Positions 23,228-39,100 of a DNA stretch of 64,000 nucleotides are shown here, in pieces; position 1 is the stretch's first letter, and the number at the start of each line of letters is the position of its first letter. The notes below the pieces were generated by a model. It was not told where the DNA came from and did not search any database. It worked only from the letters and a program-made list of their open reading frames with translations. Location: assembly GCF_000497125.1 (NCBI RefSeq), contig NC_090600.1, forward strand, positions 1,571,197-1,635,196, read 5' to 3'. Origin of the DNA: Spironucleus salmonicida (lineage: Eukaryota). The position numbers were made by a program, and so were the translations under genes.

Positions 23228-25084
23228 ATGAAACAATAGTTAGATCAATTTTCTAAATAAACAGATAAAGCAACCAAATAGCACCTTACGAAATAGGTGG
23301 ATCCATCAAAATTTAAAACTGGTGGAACAGTTGATATGCCGAGAGTATCTTTTCCTTGTGTATATGTATCAAACGAAAGCTATTAAAACCTAGGATCTAT
23401 AGTTAATATCGTATATCGAGATGGATTAATAACGTGTAGATGTATTCCTGCGATCATTGGGGCAAAAATATGTTCATTATTTAAATTATTTGATAATAAG
23501 CTATAGTATAGTGAAGTTAATATATATAAAGTCGATACTCCGCTAAAAGTATTGCCTATTTAAATTTAGCCGTTGCAAATTATTAATACTAAAAAGTCAA
23601 TTTCACGATACCTATAATCTGCTTTTCTAGGTGGAGTTTATTATCCAGACTAAATTGTTGAATAGGCAGTTAATGGATATTTAGTAAAATTTAAGATTAT
23701 TATATAGGAAGTTGGTATTTTTAATAATGAAAATTTCACTTATTTAAATTATGTGAGTAGTTAAACTATATAGTTTAATCCATCTGGATTTTCAACACAG
23801 CTTATATCTCTTTATTAAAATATAATGGATAGAACAACATAGTAGTATCCTATTTCTAGTGCTTTGATTTATGGACCACCAGGACATGGTAAAACAACGT
23901 TTATTAGGAGACTTAGTGATCCATTATCCAGTAGTGGTTCTTGTCTAAAAATTTTAGAGGCTGATCAACTACTTGCTGAAATTGATGAATCTAGGTATGA
24001 CTAGTGTTTAATTTTTTGTGATGAAATAGATGAACTTACAGAATAATAATAATACAAGCTTGGAGAGTTAATGAAAAATATTGGCAGACATGTATTCTTT
24101 GTAGGTGCAACTAATAAACCAGAAACTCTTATCAGTTAACTTAAATCATCATTTAATTAATAAATTTTGATTTTATAAGATACCTTTGGTCGAACAAGCT
24201 AAATCTAGTCTAAAGTAGACGAACAGATTTTAGTTGAATAGTTACTAAAACAAACTTAGTAGCTTTCACCTGCGGATATAGATTGGTTGTTAAATAATTC
24301 ATTTAATGAACATAATATAATTTGTATTAATTAATTCCAAAATTAAATAAAAATTTACTAACCGTCAGGTCTTAGAGGACTGCAAATGTAATAACCTGAA
24401 GAAGTTTTTGGTCATGAAGCAATTATCGATGATATATTATTATCAATTAAAAATAACTAACATAATAATTTTCTTCTTTTTGGTCCACCAGGGACTGGAA
24501 AAAATCAACTAATTAAACATTTTGCAAATTTAAATATAAAAATACCCGTATCATCTTCATCAGAAGTAGTTGGACCGTATGTAGGCCAATCTGAAAAAGC
24601 ATTAGACAAGCTTTTTAAATAGGCTTCTTTAGTTCATCCATCAATACTTTTTATTGATGAAATAGATGGCCTATTTTGCGATAAGTCATAGTAAAATTAA
24701 AGGTTGTTAACAGTATTTTAAGATCTGATTGATTTACAGTTAGCAATAGTTATTGTTGCAACAAACAAGCCTTATAAGCTACCTGATTAAATTAGATCTA
24801 GGTTTAAACCCTGTTATCTTCCCCCATTAAACGCAACATAAGCTGCCAGATTAATTAAATAATAGTTGCATGGCATTAAAGAACTCAACTTTGAATATCT
24901 TGGGCAGTTATGCGATGGATGTACAGGATCTGTTATAAAATCAGCATTATATTAAATTAAATAAAAATTAATGTTTTAGGAAATTAATTAAACTTATCAG
25001 TAAATATAAATTGAGCATTATTTTTATAAATTGGAAAAAATCTCTGATACCTAGTAAACAATTTATTTAGAATATTTAAAATGA
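23228..25084 (+). CDS. two-domain AAA+ ATPase (CDC48/AFG2/NVL/PEX1-6 clade)
   Basis: D1: ALIYGPPGHGKT, IFCDEID, VGATNKP. D2: FLLFGPPGTGKN, EVVGPYVGQSEK, ILFIDEIDG, IVATNKP...RSRF. Confidence 0.85.
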
Positions 25085-25911
25085 CTAAGTTTAATATTAT
25101 TCTTATTATTTTATTTTTAAATTTTTATTATTGGATAAAGCTATTATCATAAATCATATTAATTTATTTGTATAATAAAATAGGTTTCGGTCTTAAAGTG
25201 TATTTTCTCAAGTTTATGTCAGACTTTCAAAATAAAATTACCAATTGAACGTAATATTAGTACTACTAAGTATATTCATATTATTTTCATTCGAAATATA
25301 ATCTATTTATAAATAGATTATTTTTATTGATATTTCAACATTTTTGATTTTATTAATTAGTATATGCGACTATTTATTTATCGAGTACCAATTTCGTAAA
25401 CAGTAAATATTTGAAATGAGTGAAAATAATTTAAAATAATTTTATTAAGTTTAACCAAAAAATTGCAACTTAAATATTTAGCGATAAACATCTAGAAATC
25501 AAATTAATATATTTATTATAGAGTAGGCTGTAAGTACTGATATATTTTACAAAAAGTATAATATAAAATTATAATTAAATAGGTCTCTATGTGATATAAT
25601 AATTTAGATGAAATTATAACAATAATAGTTTTCCCTTTATTTACGATTGTATAATTACAATAATAATCAATTTCCAATAGGAACTCTTCGCTAATCATAT
25701 ATAAAAATAGTTATATAATTTTTATTAAATTATAATTATTGATTTTTAATATAATAGTAGTTGACAGAATAATATAATCTCCAAAATTATTAATAGTTGT
25801 TTTATCATATCATTTACACAGTTCTTAATTTTATATTAAAGTAAAAAATGTAATTACTTGTAGTAATTATAAGTAATAATGCAAATTAATTATTAAATAT
25901 TAGGCCATAAT

Positions 25912-27075
25912 TCATTCAGCTTCAAAATGATTTTAAATAGAATTAGTTATATGTTTATAATCATTAATATTAGTTGATAAATCTTCGATACTAATATCAT
26001 CTAAATATTCATCGAATTCAATTGAATTTGTTTCGGAGTTAGAAAGATCAATTTTCTATTATTATTTTAAATTTTTAACAGAAACTAATTATGACTATTA
26101 AATATATTATGATAGTTTATTTACTGGAAAGTCATCTAAAATGGCATTATCTCTAATTTCTTGTAACTAACGTTTTAATATGTCATATTTTAAACATTTA
26201 TTATAATATTTTTTTTATATTTTTTATATTTATAATAATTGAGTTTATTTATCAAGAAGAGCTGCATCAGATAAATATGATTTAACAAACTATTCATCTT
26301 ATAATACAATAGCTGACTATTCTAATTATTTCAAATATATAGTATCACTAATTTATTTTTATGATAATAAATCTAATTATGATGTAAGGTCTTTAATTGT
26401 ATTGCTTGTGAGACTTTACTCCTACTTTAATGATTAGTTAATGGAGTATTCAATTTCTAGTTTTTATTAATATTCCTATTATTACTTTAATTATTTTATT
26501 TCTTATTAATCAATTTTTTCATATAAATATTATTCCTATTTTTTAAAAGCAGTTATATCCTTCTATAATATTTTATTTTGTTATAATAATATTTTATTTT
26601 ATGAAAGAATATAGTTATTGCTATTATCAATTGTTTAACCTAAAAGCTCAGTAAATGATGATGAAGCTTATGATTTTGATTATTATTGAAATAAAGATGT
26701 AGAGTTTAGAATATTTATTTTTTTAGTCATATCTAGGGATTCTACTTATAATTTTTTATAAATATCAAATAAAGTATTATATGACTTAGATGATTCCTTT
26801 AGTTCTATAATGTAATCTTGTATTAACTTCTCTTATTAAATATTTAACATTCGAGTTTACGCCAAATTTTATTAAAGAGTTTCATATTATGATTCTTAGC
26901 ATTTTGGTTGTTTATGGTTTAGATTAGATATTTTATTAGTTTATGTATACGCATTAACTGTAATTGCTAAAGTAGGTTATATATTATTTATAAGGTGTAT
27001 ATCCATATTTTTTTATTTTAATTAATAAATTTCTAGCAATAACATAGCATTTATGTTTTATTATTATTTTAACAT
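25912..27075 (-). CDS. Gln-rich coiled-coil hypothetical protein
   Basis: Long minus-strand table-6 ORF ending ...NHFEAE*; start uncertain because of several in-frame ATGs. Confidence 0.6.
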
Positions 27076-27135
27076 TTAATATTAAATTTTTAATATTAAA
27101 ATAATATATAAGATGATTATTTTCAACACTTCACA

Positions 27136-30100
27136 ATGTAATAATATTTTCCGCATGATTATGATAGAAAAATTACTGAAACTGACCCTTTGAATGTGGT
27201 TTATTATGATTAAAACAATGTTTTACACCCTGCTTAAGTATTATGTCTGGCATCTACTTATGCTATTATTTCTGTTAAAAAATATACATTTTAAGTATAG
27301 TTATCTCAACTATCGTTATGTTCTGATTTAGCTTTAGTAGCATAACCGTCACCATTATTATTACCGATGAAGTTAGCAACACGAATTTCAGAGCATTAGG
27401 TTTTTAATTACTTTGATAAGGAGTCATAAAATTATAATATCTCAGCATCACGACTTCATGAAATGAAAGAGCATTTGAAATTAGAAGTTTCTTTGCATCA
27501 TGCAGCTGCTGAAAATAGAATGGAGCTACCAACGTATATATATGAAGATGAAGATTATTATTTTTATTAATAAGGAATATTTAATACTAAAATATTTGAA
27601 AATATTTAAGAGGTAATTAGTGCAACAGCACTATTGTCAAGACCACTATAGTTTATTTAAGCACCGTAATTTAAAAATTTCATAGAAAATTAGTAATTAA
27701 TTAAGGCATCATATTGTTTCTCAGATTAATGGCAAACATTAGTAGAAACATCATTAAATTATCTTTATAAGTGTATTGATACTATATTTTATCAAGATTG
27801 CCGTTATAATGAAATACTTATTAAAACTTATGATATCATCAATTAAATTATTTGCTAGGTTAAATAAGAGGATTTAGACGAGGATTTTATCTCCAGGCTT
27901 AATTATTTTAAATAACAGGCGAAATCAATTTAGATATAAAAATTTGGGTAAAGTATGACGCAAGCGCACTGTCTTACTATATTGTAGTTATAGATTATAC
28001 CATTAATCATTATAGCTATGTCTTTTTATTTTGGATAGTTGTAAAGGACAAAAGATTAAGTCCGAATATTACTTGGCATCGCTAGAAGGTTTGAATCGAA
28101 ATTTTAATAATTTTTTGAAAATTTTATTATCTAATATTAATAAAAATTTAAGTCAAATAAATTAATAAAATGGGAGGAATATGACTTAGCATTAAAAACA
28201 GTCACTCAATAAATTAATAGTATTGATATTACATCAAAATAAAAAGATATATAAGAATAATTATAAAAGCTAAGACACACGGAATTCCTTATTAAGAAAA
28301 AATAAGAAGGATTAAAGACAGATTTTACGGATCCAGACTATTTTACTAAAAATTAATATCAAACGGAATAATGTCATTTTAATTTTCATCTATTTCATAG
28401 CGGCGATAGTATCGCATTTGAAGAAGATATTCCTGAAATACTACACTAAAAAGTATCATAAGTAGATTTTATGACCATTTTAATGTCAAAAATTTTCGTT
28501 GAGTTCCATAAAAATTTAGTTGTTAATAAAAACCTCACTGTGACGTCTGAAAATATATCAGAATAGTTTTTTAAAGTCTAGGAATAAGAAGAAGAATAGA
28601 TATTATACGGGATATATGACGATGTAGCACCAGAAGTAAATATAAATGATATTTATATCTCATAGATAAAATTAGATACTATTTTGATTAACTAAGAGCC
28701 TAAATTTGGTTTTTCATCTTTGTATATACCACTTTTTGAAACATAGGAAGTTTCTTAAATATGTACGGATGAATATAATTAGTTATTATCCTTTATAGTT
28801 AGATAAATGGATACATTTGAAATAGAAAAAGAACTTAATGTTTGGTATGCGGAAGATGTAGGTGTAAATAATTTAATTTAACTTACTGAGACCATAAAAC
28901 CGTTACCAGAAGAAATTTCTTAAAAATCTGAGATTAATTAGTTATTTTTAACTAGTTTGATTAAATAGTCAGATATATTTAATAAGTTTTAAGTTAAATA
29001 AATGGTAAGAAGAGTATCATACTTATTTGATCTTTTAGTATCTGTTGTATCTATACCTGATTACTTATAAATTGAACATATAGGTATTTCAATAGCTAAA
29101 CTTAAATAGAATTATAAGTTAAAAATTGTTCAGATTATATAAAATTTTGATTAATAGCTCAACAATTTGGTAATGAATTTCATTATCTCAGTTAATTCTT
29201 AGAATACTGCTTTTATTAACTTGATTGAGAAGTATAGGTCTAGACCAGATAAGTTCGATTTATTACTATCATTAAAGGAAGTTTTTTGCAATAACTAAAT
29301 ATCATCTGCATTGATTTCTATTTATGAGCAAATTACAGTATTTTGGAACGATTGCATCCTGATTTTACCTGATATTTGTTAATTTAATCAAGATATCAAG
29401 AAGTTAAATGAAATTTATAATTCGGATAATGTTTCATAGTTTGATTCTAGTTTATATTAATATAATTCTAATGCAATTAATTCATCTTATAAAGTATTTA
29501 GAGAAATGAATATTGCGACATAAAACATTAGAAAAATAATTCACTAAACTAATGATAAATTACCAGCGTTTACACATTTTATTTTAAATATAGATTAATG
29601 GTTTTATGATCATTCATTTAAAATATCAAGAAGAGTCAAGGAAATTTTAGCAATCACATATGATGATTATCTATCCACTTTCAACAATGCACTTGAATTC
29701 TAATAAAAATATCCTGAAATTTGTAAAAATTTTGAATTTTTTAATATTAAAATTTGTTCTATAGATAGTTTTCTGCACTTTGAACAAGATTTCCTAATTT
29801 CAATTTCTAAATATATCAAGCTTCCATTAAAATCAATTAAATTTAATTTTCAATAAATTTAGGAAAAATTAAAAGTAAAATAATAAACCTATGAAATTCA
29901 AAAAGATAACGAACATGTTGCATCATATTAAATGTATGATAGAGAAAAAATAACTTTTAAGAAGAATAAAATTAATATGATACGAATTATAGGGGAAACT
30001 AGATTTATTTCCAGCGAGATATTTAAATTATATAGGACTATAAACCTGTGGCGTAGTTAGTTATAGATAATAACAGGGGATGACTAGTTACTATTAATTA

Positions 30101-33100
30101 AGCAACCAACATATCCAAGTTTTGATGAGATGATATAAAGTCTTTAACCAATATTTTAGACACTTAGCTCATTAGATGATTTAATACGAAATGATAAAAA
30201 GTATATTAAAGATAATGTTTGTAATTATCCTCATTAAATACAGCTTAAGTTATTTGATTAAATTTCATAATCTATTAAAACTATTAGATAAAGGTCTGTT
30301 AGACCTTTCCCAATAAAAATTAATAAGTGGGATTATCAGAAAATTGAAAAATTAATAAATGAAAAAAATAAAAAATAAGTTAAAAACTTGGATTTTGTTG
30401 CTTTTTCAGTCGACTACTAGAACTGGATTCAAGCTAGTCAAGAAGCAGAAAAAACAATATATCAACATATTATAAAATTATTTCTGATCCATCTTATTAA
30501 TGATATTAATTTAAAAGATTATCACTTTAATGTTATTAGTTAGTATTGCTAGTAAAATTTTAATAAGTCTTGTACTTTCCCAATCAGTCTACTTTTAGAC
30601 GTTTATAAATCAAATAATAAATTATTTGATTTATTATTAGTAATTTAATAATATGCCAGGATAGATTAATAAGCCATAAGTGCATTAAAAACGATCTAGA
30701 AAACCTTTCAGATATATTCGTTTAATGGAAAATATTAAATTTCTGTAACATAAGACTAATCTGATTAAACATGGAAAGCTGTTACAGATTATATAATGAT
30801 AACTCCTAATAATTTTTAGAATTTTTGTAGTATGTCACTATAATAAATTGCATTAGTTATTAATAATATAGGTTATACTTCGTCTAAAAAAGTTTTTACA
30901 ACTAATTATTTTGATGAGCTATTAGCAGATGTATTTTCTACTTAGATGCTAGACATCGATATTGTGGAAGGGAATTAGTTCAATGAATATATCAAGCCCT
31001 GGTGCTATAATAGTAATATTGAACTATATGCACGTGATTTGGAAGCAATGATTTAGTAAAGTTTAATACTTTTTTAGTTAATATCACGAATTCCTAACGT
31101 TTTATTTGATTTATTAATTGTGAATAGTAGAGGATATGTTATATAATTTAGTGGAGGTTTGTTAGGAAAATAGTAATGTGGAAAATTTTAGTTATCTTTA
31201 TTATCTTAATAAGATAAGTAGACACTGTAACATATTACAAGTCAATGGTAGGATATTGTTGAATACAATTTCTCATAACCTATTTAGTTCTATAAGTTGT
31301 CAACAAACAATTAACTTATATAGGATTTAACTATTATTTCTAGTAAGCTTGATAATATTCAAAAATTTCTTTTTAGCTATAGATATACTAAAATTATTAA
31401 GTCTATGACTTCTTATTATAATAAGATTAAAAACACAGTAGAATCGTCTTATGAGTAAATGATATCCTATAAAACGACTGCTGGAGTGTCTAAAACCTAT
31501 AAAGTTTTAATACCATTTTATGGAATTCACTATCCTTCATCATTAGTATTTCCTAAAGCGATTTCTCTTTATTTCGGAGAATTTTTTTAGGGCAGAAATG
31601 TATTTAGTTAAATAAACACTTTGTAGTTTGAGAATTTCTTCAATTTGACTGACTTTATAGTTACTGGTAAGTAAATTACAGGTTTAAGATCAGGGTTTGA
31701 AGATCTTTATTTTTTAACAGGTGTCTAAATGCCAAATTTACATCATTAGGTACCAGATGCAATTATGAAAAATATGAGAGCTTCATTAATTGAATAATGT
31801 AAGAATGCATCTTCGGAACTAAAAATTTTATTTGATAATTTTATCAAACTCCTTGAAAATGGAAGTTTTGACTAAAGAAAATAACTTTTTTATGACTTTG
31901 TAAATAAAAAATTTGTATTTCAAGCCATTTTAGTTGCTATTACAACTTTATTTAGATAAAAATATAATATTATGCTTTGGTATGCTTTCGAAGGAAAAGT
32001 GCCTGAAAATGCATTTGACAACGAAAAAACATTTTTATCAGAGTTACATAATTATGTAGCTAATAATAGAGGATTTACAGTAGATGCATTTAAATCGAAG
32101 GGCAAGGAATGGTGTGGAATATTCGATGATTTCATTAAATTAACAAGGTCTAAGCAAGGACTCGATGTTTTAACATCCGATTAGTATTTTCCTAATGTTT
32201 ATTATGATCCGTTATATAATAATGTTTTTATTTCCCCTAATTTAGGGGGGTTTTCTTTAGAAATAGGTCCTCATTGGTTAGGACAACCTTAAGAAATGGA
32301 TTCTAAAATTGCTTTAAATAAGAATTAGCTTTCAATGTTAACTAAAATGCTTAGGTGCTTTAATGAAAAACTCCCTCTTATTCTTTTAGGTTCAAAAGAA
32401 AATTCATATTAAAACGATTTCTTATATTAAGCACTTTCTTCTTTATCGCGATATACGTTTAGAAGATATATAATCGTCCCTGTTTCTGAGAATTCTTTTG
32501 CCAATAATATTATTAGAATATCAACTTTCATTATAACAGGAAATATAGTTGTTGTTGTGGGTATCGAATTATTACCATCTAATTAGGTTCAAGAATTATT
32601 AAATATAGCATCTTCACTAAAAAATTAGAAGGGAATAATTCCAGGAATTGCAATGTGTAGGTAAACAGGTTCAACTATATAATAACAAGATAATGTTAAT
32701 TCTGTAGAGTATATATAGACAGTACTTAATGTCAATGATGCGAATTTCGAAGAATTTAAAGAAGATTCAGGATCTCTTATTTTCTTTTTACCATCTTTGG
32801 TTCCAAAGTAAACAATTGAATAACATTAATTCTTTAATTAAATAAATTCAAATTCTGCAGATAATACGATGTCAGATAGTAAATATTATAATTAATAAGA
32901 ATCTTTACTTTATGTAATTTAACATAAATTAGTTATGAATATAGAGCTAGAAGAGCCTATTTAGTTATACTTATAAAAAACTAAATAATTTGGAGCGTAA
33001 TTGTATGAAATTTCAGCCTATTTATAGTAGTATAATGAAAATTGGCCATAATTATCTCATTTTGTAATTTAAGGAATCATATCACGCACTAAAGATTAGA

Positions 33101-36100
33101 AAGATCCCATATTTATTGCAGCTATGGTGTTAGATTATCTTATGCATTAGACTACGATAATTATGTTTGATAATGATTTCCACAATGTTGCTAAAACATT
33201 ATCTTAAATAATTAGTGCAGCATTTGGGCTTAGCAAAGATGCAGCATAAGAATTGAGAAATATGGCAATTGCATACTGTGGGTTTGCTTCAGCATAGCTC
33301 GTTAAACTATCATACTTAGAAAAATCAGATAAAACAGATTTATCACTTACTTTTGATAATTATTTTAAAAATTATTTATAGAAATATGGTACTTAAATGT
33401 ATCTATTTTATATAACTGTATTTTCTTAGGTGCATATTTTATCATTGCAGGTTATATATGATGTATTATATGTAAATGATTTACTAAAATAAGGCAAACC
33501 AGTTCTATCCATTTCTCCATAATCTTCATATTCAAGAGTTTTTATCTCTATCCTAGCAGCGATTAAAAATTGGTAATATAAGTATGTTATCAATGGAAGA
33601 GGACTTAGTTAGGCTATTTAATAAATATAGTCATAGCAGGATAATAGAGAAGGTTTAATAGCAATATAACCTGCGTCTTATAATACATTTATGGATATGA
33701 TGGATCAAATTTTAGGATTATTTTTAAAATTTCCTGTTGTTCACGATGAGCTTAATTTAACACAATACATTAAATATCCCTTAAAAGGCCCTTATATATT
33801 AATTTTTTTAGATTCAAATTTAGCAAAATAATTTTAAAATTCACCATATTAAAATTTATTTACAAGCTAGGTCCTACTTTTACCATCAATTGAAGGTTCA
33901 AATGGTGTAAAGAAATTAATATCTCGAGTAGTTAATGTTAATTGTTAGAAATCATTATAAGAACTTAAGTTCATGAATAGATTGATGTAGAAATCATATT
34001 AAGCTTTAGGGTAATAAGGAATATTTAGAAAACATGATAAATAATTTACAATGCCCCTAGACATATTAGCCTCTAATATTAAATAATTAGTTGATAGTCC
34101 AGTTACTTTGTCTGATGCATTGACCAGTGTTTGTAAAAATTATTAATAAAAAATGAAAAACTATTCTGTTGTAGATAAAATTATATAGCGATCTGAGAAT
34201 AGAATGTACGCATTATAATTTTTTATATAAGGTATCATTTAGCATACATTCGAAGATTGTATAAAAATATTTAATGTTGGTCGATCTATCGAAGAGACTT
34301 TACTATTACGGAGCATTATTACACTTTACTTATAAAGATCTGGAATTATAGAAGTATAAAAGTCAACATTTAATACTTAGATTTTTAAAGATTAGCTAGA
34401 ATTTTGGAGTTAGTTCCCAGATAATGAATCATAAATAAAATATTATACTACTTTAAGATAAAATTCGTAAGGCGGAGATTCAGTAACTAGACTTAAAACA
34501 ATGATGTATTTTTTGTAAAAACGATAACATTAAACTTAATCAGCAACCAAATAAAACATAGATTAATTATCATAACGAGAAATTGAAGAAAAGAGAGTAT
34601 AAGATAATTTATTTTACTAAGATTAGTTAACTTTAAATAAAACATTATTAGTGGATGAAATGCAGGTTATGCCTGACATCGGTGGTTTTCTTTCCAATGA
34701 TATATCAGAGTTTAATTTGTTTTCAAAAACATTAGGCTAGTTATAAATCAATTAAATGATTCAAAAATCATCTGAAAAAATAAGTACTTTGAATATATCC
34801 GACATAGGTTTAGGTTTTGCTGGGTCTTTATATTATGATTTAAACTCAGATTTTATATCTAATTAATTTTTATTGCCATAATCATCAATGGATGCATTTT
34901 CAAACATTGCGTTACCTTTAGTCTCTGCAATTTGGAATGCGTGTCATCTGTTTTATATCTCAATCATAACAGCCAATATACCCTAAAAAGAATTGGTCAC
35001 TGATTTATAAGAAAAATACAACTAATTTACTAGTTCGTTTAAAGAAAAAACATTTTTGACTGATTTTATGTATAACCATTTGTTATAACCATTTACTTTG
35101 TTGTTAGCATATGATGATAAAATTCCAGATCTAAATATTAGTAATATGATTAGGATGTCTACAAAAGTTACGAATCCAATCACGTCACTAGATCATTAGC
35201 TATCCACAGATTAATAATTATTGTATGTTTAAAAATTACACCTAAAAATTAGTTAAATTATTCCTACTGGGTTTACTAAAATTTTCACTTATTTATGTTA
35301 TGAGTAGCATAAGTAATAACATCCAACAGTAAAGTTTTAAGTTTATGGTCTGGGAGATGGAATTTTAAGTAATGTTCAGTCAATTTCAGATAAAGATTAA
35401 TTAGAAAAACTTATGAAAGAAATAAAAAATGAATGGCTAGATATTAAAGAAAATGAAAGCTCTGTTTAGTCTTAAATGTAAGCTTAATTATATGGGAAAA
35501 AGTAATTTAAGAAAATTGTGGAGAAAAATATTTCATCTTAATTTAATTCGATTTAAAATCTAACAGATACAAAAATTTACTTAGATCCTTATAGAATTGC
35601 TGTTACATTTTTATTAGGTGCTAGTATGCTGGCTCCAATTTCACTCGCACTTATTGGTGATAGGGCTGAGGGTAAAACTATCTTAATTGAAGTTGCAAAA
35701 CTTATAGTCAGAGATATGGTCGATTAAAATAGTATATTATTAAAATCAAGCAGTTCCCCCTACGATGTAAATTCAATCATGTCGTCGATTGGCAAGTAGT
35801 TTTAAATTAAAAAATACTAAGATGCGTAGATATCTAGAAATAATAAAAATCACTTACCTTTATATTATACATATGATTCATAAATCTTAGATTACAATAA
35901 ATCTTCAGCTTTTCCATCGTTCCATATTCATGCATCAGATTGTGAGGGCTAAGAAGTAGAAGACCATTTAGCCGTATTAATACGAGATCATATCTTTTGT
36001 TTTGACAAATTTGATGAACATCATATATTTTCTATTGATAATAGTTGCCATAATTTAATTGGAATCACAACATTAAGTGATTGCTCACTTATTATAGAAC

Positions 36101-39100
36101 TTAATAATGATTCTGTTCTGAAAGAATATTGCTCAATTATAGTTTAAGCGCCAAAAATAAATGAAAACTTTTTAGATTCATTTTTCAAAAGTTTGTATCC
36201 TGATCAAAGTTAAAATTGGAATAATGACTTTATTCAAGGATATTTTATGATTCGTTAAAGTTTCCCTTCGTTAATTGCTGATAATTTTACTGTAATTTAA
36301 AAAATGTTTTCTAATAATTAGTTTATAGTAAATGTTGATAGTAACCCAATTCAATAGGATATTATGGATATACTTGATTCATATAATGATTATAGGGGTG
36401 AGAATTCAGAATTAGTAACTTCTAATATAATTAAACATTCGACAGATAAAATTATGCGATAAACTAATTTGCACTCACTGTTCTTTGCTTTAAGGTAAAT
36501 AGGTTGTGTTAATAATGTTGTTCTGTAACAAATAACAGAAAGAATATCATCATTATCTTTATTAGGTTTCTTGAATACCGATTAATCATCACCATGGTCA
36601 GATGCAAATTTAATTTTAACTGGAAGATTTACATTATACACAGCATGGGAATCATTTTTAATTAATTAATCAGTTAAGTAGCATCAAAAAATTATTAATT
36701 AAAATTAGACCCTGATAAATAAAATGGTACGGGAATAGCCAATGATTAATAAATCTATAGTAGATTCAGATCTAAAATCTCTTTCAATAAAGATTGATGA
36801 TGATATTTTAGTTGGATTTAAGTATTGCGAGACTAACCCTTTTTGGTTTGGCCATGTAATGGAGTAAGCAAAAGCATCGCCAGATTTATTTGATCCTTTG
36901 ATTTTAAGTAGGTCAATCGAAGTATTTGTAAAACTTATGAGTCAAAAGTAAATTATTTAATCATAAATTGATTCTATGTATAAATATGGTGTTAAAGTAC
37001 ATTCAGATACATCGTTAACCGGAGTATAAAATGAAGATGGTTTATTTTTGGCTAAAAAGTATTTACTTTAACTGTGCTAGTATGATCAAATTTTTGAACG
37101 ATTTGATGATTTTGATGCTAAAAAATCTCCACATTTATTACGGATTGAGAATATAACATTAAACTCAGAATTAAAAGTTAGAGAGAAAAAGCAAGATTTT
37201 GGAGGATTGTCATTAATTTCTTCATTAACTATCAAACCCGCAACCTATTATTTAAATCTTCAGAATGCAACCCTTTCTACTTATTAAAAAATTGTAGATA
37301 ATATATGTGTTTTTAGTGGATTTTAAACAGTTAATATTAATACCAAGGAGTTACCCGAGAGACTTATATTTGACGTTAAATAAATATTTTAAATACTTGA
37401 TGAGTCTGTTAAAAATTCAAAGTTATTAGAACATGAATAATCTTCTTCATTATTATCATAATTAATAGCTTATATGAATACTTTGCTAAAATACACACAT
37501 TTATCAAATCAAATTAACTAAATATTATTGGCCACAGTATTGAGAATTTCAATTGGTTTATCTTTAGGAATAAAGCCGTAAGTTTTTTTGAATGTAGATC
37601 CCGATGCATAAATTTAGCTCAGTGGAATCTACGTAACTTCCAAACTTTCAACATTTTTGCCATCGAATTATTTATATGGAGGCAAATCACTAACACAGTT
37701 ACCGTTAACAGCCCCAATAAATGAAAGATTTAGTAGTTATATTTAAAACCAAGATGAATACGAATTTGTTTAATAAAAATATAATGCAGATAATTCTTAT
37801 TATGAACAGTTTATATAAGAGCCAATCGATGTAGTTCTTATTGCACCTAAATCAATGTTATAGATGACTACTACTTTTAATGTATCTTTGTTGGTTTTGT
37901 TTAGTGTAACATTAGATCCGTTATCGTGCTTGTCTGGCTTATTTACAGAAGACGAGATAGGCCAAATTTGCTAAATTTCATCAATTTAAATGGGTTTTGA
38001 TTACACACTTAAGCCATAATAGTTGGGGACAATATTAGCAAAGCATTTTAGTTTCTTAATGATTAATGATGAACCATCAGGAAAAGAGATTAAATTAAGT
38101 CAGGCAGTTAATACTGAGATTACGTTTGATATTTTGAAGAACAAAGCCATTGGTTCCATAAAATCTCCTATACTAGAGTTATTATCTGGAATATTAAATT
38201 ATTAAGATTTAACACCAAAAGATGAATATAGAGAAAAGAAACACAAAATTGAGGCAGTTGTTATTACTGCTCCGTAACCACCTATAAAAATACTAGACAA
38301 GTTAATTTTAGATTTACAATTCAAATCAATTACGAATAAGTATAATTTAGTTTAACTCAACATGACTAATCTCATTTCGTTGTTTAAACTTTCGAATTGT
38401 TCTTTACCAGAGTAAATTGATTTTCCTGAAAAAATTAAATTTAATTTTAGTACTTATTTAATGAATTATGCGCTTGGTACATTATAAATGTATTAATTCT
38501 TAGTTAATTAGTCTTAAGGCCCTACTATTTCATTACCACAGTTTACTAAATTAACGACTTGTATAGCGAATACGATATTATAGAAATGTAGTGCATTTTT
38601 TAAGGCATTAAATAATATTTTCCTAGCATTTAGAACATATGAATAGCTGTTGAGCAATAATAAAATGAAAAATAAAGAGATCGATTTATAAAGTTATTCT
38701 TATATAGAATTTGAAAAAAGCATACAACAATAATCTGTATAAATTGTTAATGGTAAAGAAATATAGATAAATGATCAGAAAACGATGGCTTTTAATGAAT
38801 ATCAAACTCTACGCGATTATTTTTTATAAATAATTAAATAGCTTTCAAACGAATTTATATTACATTAAAATGCTGTATAAACAAGCCATTATGATGCAAT
38901 ATGTATCTCATCATATCTTACTTTTAGCATTACAAATTTAGTCTCACAATAGTAGGCATCTTAAATACTGTCAAATGGGGTTAATAGTGATATAGATCCT
39001 CATATGTAAGATTTAGTTGAGTAATCATTTAATAACCCTAGATAGATAGCACCATTTAATTTATTATTGGTTTCTTAACTTTAATTATATGGATTTAGAG

